Shown in pieces: positions 41,697 to 57,500 of a DNA stretch of 64,000 bases. Positions within the stretch are counted from its first letter, which is position 1. The number at the start of each line of letters is the position of its first letter. The translations under genes and the position numbers were made by a program. Source of the DNA: Eledone cirrhosa (taxonomy: Eukaryota); assembly GCA_964016885.1 (NCBI GenBank), contig OZ024752.1:30318001-30382000 (forward strand), read 5' to 3'. The notes under the pieces were generated by a model, which worked only from the letters and a program-made list of their open reading frames with translations, searched no databases and was not told where the DNA came from.

Positions 41697-41819
41697 GTAT
41701 GTGTATATATATGCATGTATGTATGTATATATTATATGTATATATATGTATATATATATATATAATGTATGTGTATATATATGCATGTATGTATGTATAT
41801 ATATATGTATATATATATA

Positions 41820-42228
41820 TCCGGGAGAGATGACCCCTTAGCCTTTGTCAAGGCAGAATTCTAGGAGAAGGAAAACTCTGATATAACACCTGCAACCCTG
41901 ATGGTATCCAATGATGTTGACTTGTTCTTCTTTTTGGTAAATATCATCTTGGTTAAGAGAGTGGGACTGGCTTTGTGCAGTGCCTTTGCTCACTTAAAAG
42001 CTTCACGCACAGGCATTGCTTTATATCTGGAGATCTCTCTGCACTTGTCGTCACATGGTACCATGGGCCCAGCACTATGTGTCAATAATTGTCACAAGTG
42101 TAGTGTTTGTACCAGTTTTCAAGTCGCTGGCTGAGACTAAAAAGTCACACTCGTTCAGCGCATCGGTAGGGGTTCTCCTACATGGATATAAAGTAGTGGC
42201 CGTACTCGAAAACGAGTTGGCAGCCACC
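41820..42228 (+). mobile_element. Bipartite element, copy 4 (5'-truncated)
   Basis: Matches 31182-31592, including variants specific to copy 1. Confidence 0.6.
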
Positions 42229-42269
42229 ATATATATATATGTATATATATATATATGTATATATATATG

Positions 42270-42332
<63 letters not shown>

Positions 42333-42436
42333 GTATATATATGTATATATATATATATGTATATATATATATGTATATATATATATGTATATATATATAT
42401 GTATATATATATATATTATATATATATATATGTATG

Positions 42437-42494
<58 letters not shown>

Positions 42495-42559
42495 GTATGT
42501 ATATAATATTATATATATATATGTATGTATATATATATGTATATATATATATATGTATG

Positions 42560-42592
<33 letters not shown>

Positions 42593-42642
42593 TATATAAT
42601 ATATATATGTATATATATATATGTATATATATATATATGTAT

Positions 42643-42716
<74 letters not shown>

Positions 42717-42987
42717 GTATATTATATGTATTATTATATATATATGTATGTATGTATGTATGTATTTGTATGTATATTATGTATGTATATATATGTATAT
42801 ATATATGTATGTATGTATATATGTATGTATGTATATATATTATGTATGTATAGTATAGTATGTATGTATATATATATATGTATGTATATATATATATGTA
42901 TGTATATATATATGTATGTATATATATATGTATGTATATATATATATGTATATATATATATATGTATGTATATATATATATGTATGT

Positions 42988-43021
<34 letters not shown>

Positions 43022-43112
43022 GTATATATATATGTATGTATATATATATATGTATGTATATATATATATGTATGTATATATATATATGTATATATATATA
43101 TGTGTATGTATG

Positions 43113-43145
<33 letters not shown>

Positions 43146-43182
43146 ATATATATATGTATATATATATATATGTGTATGTATG

Positions 43183-43215
<33 letters not shown>

Positions 43216-43290
43216 ATGTATATATATATATGTATATATATATATATGTGTATGTATGTATATATATATATATATATATATAATGTATAT

Positions 43291-43324
<34 letters not shown>

Positions 43325-44253
43325 TATATATATATATGTATATGTATATGTATATATATATATATGTATATGTATGTATATATATATATATGTATATGTA
43401 TGTATATATATATATATGTATATGTATGTATATATGTATATGTATGTATATATATATATATGTATGTATAATATATATATATGTATATGTATGTATATAT
43501 ATATGTATATGTATGTATATATATATATATGTATATGTATGTATATATGTTATGTATATATATATAAGTATATGTATGTATATGTATATGTATGTATATA
43601 TGTATATGTATATATATATATATGTATATGTATGTATATGTATATATATGTATATATATATATATGTATATATATGTATATATATATATTGTATGTATAT
43701 ATGTATGTATATATATATATATGTATATATATGTATGTATATATATATATATATATATGTGTATATATATATGTGAATATATATATGTATATATATATAT
43801 GTGTATATATATATGTATATATGTATATTATATATGTGTATATATATATGTATATATATATATATATGTGTATATATATATGTGTATATATATATATATG
43901 TATATATATATGTATATATGTATATATATATGTATATATATATATGTATATATATATATGTATATATATATATGTATATATATATATGTATATATATATA
44001 TGTATATATATATATGTATATATATATATGTATATATATATATATGTATATATATATATGTATATATATAAATGTATATATATATTATATGTATAATATA
44101 TATGTATATATATATATGTATATATATATATGTATATATATATATATGTAATGTATATATGTATATGTATATATGTATATGTATATGTATATATGTATAT
44201 ATGTATATGTATATATGTATATGTATATATATATATATGTATATATGTATATG

Positions 44254-44284
<31 letters not shown>

Positions 44285-44396
44285 GTATATATATATATGT
44301 ATATATATATATGTATATATATATATGTATATATATATATGTAATATATATATATGTATATGTATATATGTATATGTATATATGTATATGTATATG

Positions 44397-44427
<31 letters not shown>

Positions 44428-44442
44428 GTATATATATATATG

Positions 44443-44473
<31 letters not shown>

Positions 44474-46101
44474 GTATAGATATATATGTATATATATATA
44501 TATGTATATATATATATGTATATATATATATGTATATATATATATGTATATATATGTATATATGTATATATATATATGTATATATGTATATATATATATG
44601 TATATATGTGTATATAAATATGTATATATATATATATGTATATATATATATGTATACATGTATATATATATATGTATATATGTATATTATATATATGTAT
44701 ATATATATATGTATATATATATATGTATATATATATATGTATATAATATATATATGATATATATATATATGTATATATATATATGTATGTATATATATAT
44801 ATGTATATATATGTATGTATATATATATATGTATATAATATATGTATATATATATATGTATATGTAATATATATATATGTATGTATATATATATGTATGT
44901 ATATATATATGTATGTATATATATATGTATGTATATATATATGTATGTATATATATATATATGTATGTATACTATATATATGTATATATATATATGTATG
45001 TATATAATATATATGTATGTATATATATATATGTATATATATATATGTATGTATATATATATGTATGTATATATATATGTATGTATATGTATGTATATGT
45101 ATAGTATGTATATATATATATATGTATGTATATATGTATATATATGTATATATATATATGTATATGTGTATATCTATTTATATGTATATACTCGTATATA
45201 TGTATGTATATATATTTATATATGTGTATGTATGTATGTACATATATGTGTATGTATGTACATATATATATGTGTATGTATGTACATATATATGTGTATG
45301 TATGTACATATATATATGTGTATGTATGTACATATATATATGTGTGTATGTATGTACATATATATATATGTGTATGTATGTATGTACATATATATATATA
45401 TGTGTATGTATGTACATATATATATATATGTATGTATGTACATATATACATATGTGTATGTATGTACATATATATATATATGTGTATGTGTGTACATATA
45501 TATATATGTGTATGTATGTACATATATATATATGTGTATGTATGTACATATATATATGTGTATGTATGTACATATATATATGTGTATGTATGTACATATA
45601 TATATGTGTATGTATGTACATATATATATGTGTATGTATGTACATAAATGTGTATGTATGTACGTATATATATGTGTGTAATGTATGTATATATATGTGT
45701 GTATGTATGTATATATATGTGTGTATGTATGTATATATATGTGTATGTATGTATATATATATGTGTGTATGTATGTATATATATATATGTGTGTATGTAT
45801 GTATATATATATGTGTGTATGTATGTATATATATGTGTGTATGTATATATATATATATGTGTATGTATGTATATATATATATGTGTGTCTGTATATATAT
45901 ATATATGTGTGTATCTATGTATATATATGTATATGTATGTATATATATGTGTGTATGTATGTATATATATATATGTGTATGTATGTATGTATATATACAT
46001 ATATGTGTATGTATATATATATATGTGTATGTATATATATATATATGTGTGTATATATGTATATGTGTGTATGTATGTATATATATGTATATATATAGTT
46101 T

Positions 46102-46144
46102 ACATAAATCTTTCGTTGCACATCTGCAACATCGTCAGTGGTGT
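46102..46144 (-). ncRNA. Hammerhead ribozyme core in a 145 bp island within the TA field
   Basis: Minus strand ACACCA-CUGACGA-T-GTTGCA-GATG-TGCAAC-GAAA-GAT-UUA-TGT: perfect stem II, AGATTT near-palindrome, weak stem I. Confidence 0.65.
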
Positions 46145-46247
46145 TATATTCATTGTTCCTCCTGTTGTGTTGTATGTCTACGCCATTTTTATATACATAC
46201 ACGATTTCATATAAAAAACCTCGCAAAACTAATTCATCGCCGCTATG

Positions 46248-46296
<49 letters not shown>

Positions 46297-46305
46297 GTAT
46301 ATATG

Positions 46306-46354
<49 letters not shown>

Positions 46355-46483
46355 GTATATATGTATATGTATATATATGTATATATATGTATATATGTAT
46401 ATATATGTATATATATGTATATATATATATATGTATATATATATGTATATATGTATATATATATATATATATGTATATATATG

Positions 46484-46515
<32 letters not shown>

Positions 46516-46751
46516 TGTATATATATGTATATATATATATGTATATATATGTATATATATATATGTATATATATATATACATGTATATATATATATATAT
46601 GTATATATGTATATATATGTATATATATATACATATATATGTATATATATATGTATATATATGTATATATATATGTATATATATGTATATATATATATGT
46701 ATATATATGTATATATATATATGTATATATATATATGTATATATATATATG

Positions 46752-46806
<55 letters not shown>

Positions 46807-46823
46807 GTATATATATACATATG

Positions 46824-46861
<38 letters not shown>

Positions 46862-46893
46862 TGTATGTATATATATATATATGTATATGTATG

Positions 46894-46930
<37 letters not shown>

Positions 46931-46957
46931 GTATATATATGTATATGTATATATATG

Positions 46958-47006
<49 letters not shown>

Positions 47007-47019
47007 GTATATATATATG

Positions 47020-47240
<221 letters not shown>

Positions 47241-47263
47241 GTATATATATATGTATATATATG

Positions 47264-47294
<31 letters not shown>

Positions 47295-47325
47295 GTATAT
47301 ATATGTATATATGTATATATATATG

Positions 47326-47410
<85 letters not shown>

Positions 47411-47481
47411 GTATATATGTATATATATATATATATGTATATATGTATATATATGTATATATGTATATATATGTATATATG

Positions 47482-47582
<101 letters not shown>

Positions 47583-47643
47583 GTATATATATATGTATAT
47601 GTATATATATATGTATATATATATATATATGTATATATATATG

Positions 47644-47746
<103 letters not shown>

Positions 47747-47747
47747 G

Positions 47748-47796
<49 letters not shown>

Positions 47797-47797
47797 G

Positions 47798-47844
<47 letters not shown>

Positions 47845-47989
47845 GTATATATATATATGTATATATATATATATGTATATATATATGTATATATATATGT
47901 ATATATATATGTATATATATGTATATATATATATATGTATATATATATGTATATATATATGTATATATATATATATGTATATATATATG

Positions 47990-48158
<169 letters not shown>

Positions 48159-48171
48159 GTATATATATATG

Positions 48172-48264
<93 letters not shown>

Positions 48265-48317
48265 GTATATATATATGTATATATATATGTATATATATAT
48301 ATATGTATATATATATG

Positions 48318-48484
<167 letters not shown>

Positions 48485-48497
48485 GTATATATATATG

Positions 48498-48568
<71 letters not shown>

Positions 48569-48703
48569 GTATATATGTGTATATATATATATATGTGTAT
48601 ATATATATATATGTATATATATATATGTATGTATATATATATATGTGTATATATATATATATGTGTATATATATATGTATATATATATGTGTATATATAT
48701 ATG

Positions 48704-48738
<35 letters not shown>

Positions 48739-48779
48739 GTGTATATATATATGTATATATATATGTGTATATATATATG

Positions 48780-48816
<37 letters not shown>

Positions 48817-49507
48817 GTATATATATGTATATATATATGTGTATATATATATGTATATATATATATGTATGTATGTATGTATATATATGTATATATGTGT
48901 ATATATATGTATGTATGTATATATATATATGTATGTATGTATATATATATATGTATGTATGTATATATATATATGTATGTATGTATATATATATATATAT
49001 ATATGTATGTATATATATATATATATATTATGTATATATATATATATATATTATGTATATATATATATATATATTATGTATATATATATATATTATGTAT
49101 ATATATATATATATATGTATGTATATATATATATATATATTATGTATATATATATATATATATTATGTATATATATATATATATATTATGTATATATATA
49201 TATATATATTATGTATATATATATATATATATTATGTATATATATATATATTATGTATATATATATATATGTATGTATATATATATATATTATGTATATA
49301 TATATATATATATTATGTATATATATATATATATATTATGTATATATATATATATATATTATGTATATATATATATATTATGTATATATATATATATGTA
49401 TGTATATATATATGTATGTATATATATATATATATGTATGTATATATATATATATATGTATGTATATATATATATGTATGTATATATATATATATATGTA
49501 TGTATAT

Positions 49508-49548
<41 letters not shown>

Positions 49549-51526
49549 TATATATGTATGTATATATATGTATATATTTATATGTATATGTGTATATATT
49601 TTAGCTTTATTTGAATACAATGATGAAGCGTTTTGCCAATTCTATGTAGTTTAGGATGTAGTAAAACGCCTTGGATTTCTGGCTACTATGTAGCAGTAAT
49701 AATCTTGTTAAACAAGTGATTTTTCTGCGCCTCACTTCTTCCAACCACTCAGCTTGTCTTGTCTCTTCTCTTACCCCTCCCACATTTCGATCTCGTGTGT
49801 ATTTTAACTCGGAATTTTTTCTTTTACTTCATCTTTTTCTGTTAGCTGATCTCTTATTTATCTATTTCCATGGTAGTGTTTTTGCAATGGTCTAACTTTT
49901 AAGACGTCCAATTCTTTACTATTCTTAACGTTCGATAGAAAATACTGTTGAATATATTTGTATATATGTTGTATTCTGTGAAGAATTTTTAGCGCATTTA
50001 AACACATCTAGATGCATTTAGGAATTATATTTCGCCACTAAGCTTGGCGAATTTCAACCACTGCTGCCTTGTCTCTTTGTTCCATGTGCGGTATACCAGG
50101 AATTATTGAGCTCATTGAATTGAAATGCTTCTTTCTTTTTCCCAAGACTATGGATCGTATCTGGAACAGGAATCAAGAATTTGATTTTACTTGTTACTAC
50201 TTTATAGCAATAATAATATACTAATGATGTTCTTTTTCAGCTTTTCGCCTTTTATACCGTTGAATTAAACTAGTTCTGCATGAAAACCATTTTTTTAATG
50301 TTGTTGCTTAAGCCCAGGTTCAGCTTTGCCGTGATCGAGATCTAGCCGACCAATGACCAAATACATTCCACTCATGACCGTCCTGTTTCTTTTATTATTT
50401 TTTTAAAGGTTATGTCGGAGTACATCATGTAATAATGTATTTCGCTTTTTATAAGACTGTGTGATTTTTTTAGGGAGATTTAGCTGTCATTTTTAGCTGG
50501 TGGTGCAAGCATACTGAGGATCTTTCGTTTTTGCAAACACACACACATACGACAATTTTGGTATATTATAAACACATTTTTTTTTAAAGTGAAGTTATAT
50601 CTTTTACTGATATTTAATTTCAGTTTTGTTTTGCACAGCTAAATCTACGTAGAACAAGCCCCCCCCCCCCCCTCCCCTGAATTTGCATATCTCACTCCCA
50701 AGGAATTCTCTTTTAGACGATGAAGTGTGGAACTGTGGAGCTGTTTCACTGACTTGGCGTAACAACGATATCTATATCAAAGAACAACTATGATCCCTAT
50801 AGCCTCGTTTATCTTACTGTTGTCTGCTAAAATACATTTTACTTCCTATGTCGTATCCTAGCTGCTTAGAAAGTTGGGGGTTTTTTTTTTCTTTTCTGGT
50901 GTATTGTGCGCACACACACACACACACACATATGAGAGAGGAAGGAAGGCCGGCCCTGCGGCAGCTGGAGGCGTGTCAGTGAGGCTGTATTAAGAAAGCT
51001 GGAAGCCAACTGGAGTGGAATGGCGAGAGCAGCTCAGGATTGTGTACGTTGGCGGAGGGACGTCAATGGCCTATGCTCCACAGAGCGATGGGGGAAGATT
51101 GAATGATATATATGAGAGAGAGGGAGAGGTATAAGCTCACTCTGCACCTTCCCTTGCATTAAGTTCTCCCATGATTTGTAGTCCCTGGTCTTAGCACTGC
51201 AAACTTCCCACCTCTCTCTCTCTCTAGCAGAAACACTAATGTAGCATGATTTATAAGGCGTGTATACAATGTTTATGTATGATAAACATACATAAGTCTC
51301 ACTATGAATGTTTCAAACTGTGATCATGTATATATGTAAACAAAACAGTTGATTTAGGAAGCATTGGAACAATATGAAATGTGGACCATAATAATATGGA
51401 AGTGGATAGTCCTTTCTGCCCACCTTATTCCGTCTCCAGCAGTGCTTTACTTGATTTTTCTTCACTATTAGTTATAAGTATCGACAATCATGTTCATTTG
51501 CGTTGTGATGCACACATTTTGTGCAT

Positions 51527-54500
51527 ATAAAAACACCCAGTTCACACTGTTAGGTGGTCGTTTGGGTGCCACAGTAAAAAAACACCCAGTCCACACTGTA
51601 AAGTGGTCGTTTGGGTGCCACAGTAAAAAAACACCCAGTCCACACTGTAAAGTGGTCGTTTGGGTGCCACAATAAATAACACCCAGTCCACACTGTAAAG
51701 TGGTCGTTTGGGTGCCACAATAAATAACACCCAGTCTACACAGTAAAGTGGTCGTTTGGGTGCCACAATAAAAAAAACACCCAGTCCACACAGTAAAGTG
51801 GTCGTTTGGCTGTCACAATAAAAAAACACCCAGTCTACACAGTAAAGTGGTCGTTTGGGTGCCACAATAAATAACACCCAGTTCACACTGTAAAGTGGTC
51901 GTTTGGGTGCCACAATAAATAACACCCAGTCCACACTGTAAAGTGGTCGTTTGGGTGCCACAATAAATAACACCCAGTCCACACTGTAAAGTGGTCGTTT
52001 GGGTTCCACAATAAAAAAAACACCCAGACCACACTGTAAAGTGGTCGTTTGGGTGCCAAAATAAAATAACACCCAGTCTACACAGTAAAGTGGTCGTTTG
52101 GGTGCCACAATAAAAAACACCCAGTCTACACAGTAAAGTGGTCGTTTGGGTGCCACAATAAATAACACCCAGTCTGCACAGTAAAGTGGTCGTTTGGGTT
52201 CCACAATAAAAAACACCCAGTCTACACAGTAAAGTGGTCGTTTGGGTGCCACAATAAATAACACCCAGTCCACACTGTAAAGTGGTCGTTTGGGTCCCAC
52301 AATAAAAAACACCCAGTCTACACTGTAAAGTGGTCGTTTGGGTGCCACAATAAAATAACACCCAGTCCACACAGTAAAGTGGTCGTTTGGGTGCCACAAT
52401 AAATAACACCCAGTCTGCACAGTAAAGTGGTCGTTTGGGTGCCACAATAAAAAACACCCAGTCTACACAGTAAAGTGGTCGTTTGGGTGCCACAATAAAT
52501 AACACCCAGTCCACACTGTAAAGTGGTCGTTTGGGTGCCACAATAAAAAACACCCAGTCTACACTGTAAAGTGGTCGTTTGGGTGCCACAATAAAAAAAC
52601 ACCCAGTCCACACAGTAAAGTGGTCTTTTGGGTGCCACAATAAAAAAACACCCAGTCCACACAGTAAAGTGGTCGTTTGGGTGCCACAATAAAAAAACAC
52701 CCAGTCCACACTGTAAAGTGGTCGTTTGGGTGCCACAATAAAAAAACACCCAGTCCACACTGTAAAGTGGTCGTTTGGGTGCCACAATAAATAACACCCA
52801 GTCTACACAGTAAAGTGGTCGTTTGGGTGCCACAATAAAAAAACACCCAGTCCACACAGTAAAGTCGTCGTTTGGGTGCCACAATAAAAAAACACCCAGT
52901 CCACACTGTAAAGTGGTCGTTTGGGTGCCACAATAAATAACACCCAGTCTACACAGTAAAGTGGTCGTTTGGGTTCCACAATAAAAAAACACCCAGTCTA
53001 CACAGTAAAGTGGTCGTTTGGGTGCCACAATAAAAAAACACCCAGTCCACACAGTAACGTGGTCGTTTGGGTGCCACAATAAATAACACCCAGTCCACAC
53101 AGTAAAGTGGTCGTTTGGGTACCACAATAAATAACACCCAGTCCACACTGTAAAGTGGTCGTTTGGGTGCCACAATAAAAAACACCCAGTCTACACTGTA
53201 AAGTGGTCGTTTGGGTGCCACAATAAAAAAACACCCAGTCCACACTGTAAAGTGGTCGTTTGGGTGCCACAATAAATAACACCCAGTCTACACAGTAAAG
53301 TGGTCGTTTGGGTGCCACAATAAAAAAACACCCAGTCCACACAGTAAAGTGGTCGTTTGGGTGCCACAATAAAAAAACACCCAGTCCACACTGTAAAGTG
53401 GTCGTTTGGGTGCCACAATAAATAACACCCAGTCTACACAGTAAAGTGGTCGTTTGGGTTCCACAATAAAAAAACACCCAGTCTACACAGTAAAGTGGTC
53501 GTTTGGGTGCCACAATAAAAAAACACCCAGTCCACACAGTAACGTGGTCGTTTGGGTGCCACAATAAATAACACCCAGTCCACACAGTAAAGTGGTCGTT
53601 TGGGTACCACAATAAATAACACCCAGTCCACACTGTAAAGTGGTCGTTTGGGTGCCACAATAAAAAAACACCCAGTCCACACAGTAAAGTGGTCGTTTGG
53701 GTACCACAATAAATAACACCCAGTCCACACTGTAAAGTGGTCGTTTGGGTGCCACAATAAAAAAACACCCAGTCCACACCGTAAAGTGGTCGTTTGGGTG
53801 CCACAATAAATAACACCCAGTCTACACAGTAAAGTGGTCGTTTGGGTGCCACAATAAATAACACCCAGTCTACACAGTAAAGTGGTCGTTTGGGTCCCAC
53901 AATAAATAACACCCAGTCCACACAGTAAAGTGGTCGTTTGGGTACCACAATAAAAAAAACACCCAGTCCACACTGTAAAGTGGTCGTTTGGGTGCCACAA
54001 TAAATAACACCCAGTCCACACTGTAAAGTGGTCGTTTGGGTGCCACAATAAAAAAACACCCAGTCCACACTGTAAAGTGGTCGTTTGGGTGCCACAATAA
54101 ATAACACCCAGTCCACACAGTAAAGTGGTCGTTTGGGTGCCACAATAAATAACACCCAGTCCACACTGTAAAGTGGTCGTTTGGGTGCCACAATAAATAA
54201 CACCCAGTCCACACTGTAAAGTGGTCGTTTGGGTTCCACAATAAAAAAAACACCCAGTCCACACTGTAAAGTGGTCGTTTGGGTGCCAAAATAAAATAAC
54301 ACCCAGTCTACACAGTAAAGTGGTCGTTTGGGTGCCACAATAAAAAACACCCAGTCTACACAGTAAAGTGGTCGTTTGGGTGCCACAATAAATAACACCC
54401 AGTCTGCACAGTAAAGTGGTCGTTTGGGTGCCACAATAAAAAACACCCAGTCTACACAGTAAAGTGGTCGTTTGGGTGCCACAATAAATAACACCCAGTC

Positions 54501-57500
54501 CACACTGTAAAGTGGTCGTTTGGGTCCCACAATAAAAAACACCCAGTCTACACTGTAAAGTGGTCGTTTGGGTGCCACAATAAAATAACACCCAGTCCAC
54601 ACAGTAAAGTGGTCGTTTGGGTGCCACAATAAATAACACCCAGTCTGCACAGTAAAGTGGTCGTTTGGGTGCCACAATAAAAAACACCCAGTCTACACAG
54701 TAAAGTGGTCGTTTGGGTGCCACAATAAATAACACCCAGTCCACACTGTAAAGTGGTCGTTTGGGTGCCACAATAAAAAACACCCAGTCTACACTGTAAA
54801 GTGGTCGTTTGGGTGCCACAATAAAAAAACACCCAGTCCACACAGTAAAGTGGTCGTTTGGGTGCCACAATAAAAAAACACCCAGTCCACACAGTAAAGT
54901 GGTCGTTTGGGTGCCACAATAAAAAAACACCCAGTCCACACTGTAAAGTGGTCGTTTGGGTGCCACAATAAATAACACCCAGTCTACACAGTAAAGTGGT
55001 CGTTTGGGTGCCACAATAAAAAAACACCCAGTCCACACAGTAAAGTGGTCGTTTGGGTGCCACAATAAAAAAACACCCAGTCCACACTGTAAAGTGGTCG
55101 TTTGGGTGCCACAATAAATAACACCCAGTCTACACAGTAAAGTGGTCGTTTGGGTTCCACAATAAAAAAACACCCAGTCTACACAGTAAAGTGGTCGTTT
55201 GGGTGCCACAATAAAAAAACACCCAGTCCACACAGTAACGTGGTCGTTTGGGTGCCACAATAAATAACACCCAGTCCACACAGTAAAGTGGTCGTTTGGG
55301 TACCACAATAAATAACACCCAGTCCACACTGTAAAGTGGTCGTTTGGGTGCCACAATAAAAAAACACCCAGTCCACACAGTAAAGTGGTCGTTTGGGTAC
55401 CACAATAAATAACACCCAGTCCACACTGTAAAGTGGTCGTTTGGGTCCCACAATAAAAAAACACCCAGTCCACACTGTAAAGTGGTCGTTTGGGTGCCAC
55501 AATAAATAACACCCAGTCTACACAGTAAAGTGGTCGTTTGGGTGCCACAATAAATAACACCCAGTCTACACAGTAAAGTGGTCGTTTGGGTCCCACAATA
55601 AATAACACCCAGTCCACACAGTAAAGTGGTCGTTTGGGTACCACAATAAAAAAAACACCCAGTCCACACTGTAAAGTGGTCGTTTGGGTGCCACAATAAA
55701 AAACACCCAGTCCACACTGTAAAGTGGTCGTTTGGGTCCCACGATAAAAAACACCCAGTCTACACAGTAAAGTGGTCGTTTGGGTGCCACAATAAATAAC
55801 ACCCAGTCCACACAGTAAAGTGGTCGTTTGGGTACCACAATAAATAACACCCAGTCCACACTGTAAAGTGGTCGTTTGGGTGTCACAATAAAAAACACCC
55901 AGTCCACACTGTAAAGTGGTCGTTTGGGTGCCACAATAAATAACACCCAGTCCACACTGTAAAGTGGTCGTTTGGGTGCCACAATAAAAAAACACCCAGT
56001 CCACACTGTAAAGTGGTCGTTTGGGTGCCACAATAAATAACACCCAGTCCACACAGTAAAGTGGTCGTTTGGGTGTCACAATAAATAACACCCAGTCCAC
56101 ACTGTAAAGTGGTCGTTTGGGTGCCACAATAAAAAAACACCCAGTCCACACAGTAAAGCGGTCGTTTGGGTGCCACAATAAAAAAACACCAAGTCCACAC
56201 AGTAAAGTGGTCGTTTGGGTGCCACAATAAAAAAACACACAGTCTACACAGTAAAGTAGTCGTTTGGGTGCCACAATAAATAACACCCAGTCCACACTGT
56301 AAAGTGGTCGTTTGGGTCCCACAATAAAAAAACACCCATTCCACACTGTAAAGTGGTCGTTTGGGTGCCACAATAAAATAACACCCAGTCTACACAGTAA
56401 AGTGGTCGTTTGGGTCCCACAATAAATAACACCCAGTCCACACTGTAAAGTGGTCGTTTGGGTGCCACAATAAAAAAACACCCAGTCCACACTGTAAAGT
56501 GGTCGTTTGGGTGCCACAATAAAATAACACCCAGTCTACACAGTAAAGTGGTCGTTTGGGTGCCACAATAAAAAACACCCAGTCTACACAGTAAAGTGGT
56601 CGTTTGGGTCCCACAATAAAAAACACCCAGTCTACACAGTAAAGTGGTCGTTTGGGTGCCACAATAAATAACACCCAGTCTGCACAGTAAAGTGGTCGTT
56701 TGGGTGCCACAATAAAAAACACCCAGTCTACACAGTAAAGTGGTCGTTTGGGTGCCACAATAAATAACACCCAGTCCACACTGTAAAGTGGTCGTTTGGG
56801 TGCCACAATAAATAAACACCCAGTCCACACTGTAAAGTGGTCGTTTGGGTGCCACAATAAAAAAACACCCAGTCCACACTGTAAAGTGGTCGTTTGGGTA
56901 CCACAATAAAATAACACCCAGTCTACACAGTAAAGTGGTCGTTTGGGTGCCACAATAAAAAACACCCAGTCTACACAGTAAAGTGGTCGTTTGGGTGCCA
57001 CAATAAATAACACCCAGTCCACACTGTAAAGTGGTCGTTTGGGTCCCACAATAAAAAACACCCAGTCTACACTGTAAAGTGGTCGTTTGGGTACCACAAT
57101 AAAATAACACCCAGTCCACACAGTAAAGTGGTCGTTTGGGTGCCACAATAAATAACACCCAGTCTGCACAGTAAAGTGGTCGTTTGGGTGCCACAATAAA
57201 AAACACCCAGTCTACACAGTAAAGTGGTCGTTTGGGTGCCACAATAAATAACACCCAGTCCACACTGTAAAGTGGTCGTTTGGGTGCCACAATAAAAAAC
57301 ACCCAGTCTACACTGTAAAGTGGTCGTTTGGGTGCCACAATAAAAAAACACCCAGTCCACACAGTAAAGTGGTCGTTTGGGTGCCACAATAAAAAAACAC
57401 CCAGTCCACACTGTAAAGTGGTCGTTTGGGTGCCACAATAAAAAAACACCCAGTCCACACTGTAAAGTGGTCGTTTGGGTGCCACAATAAATAACACCCA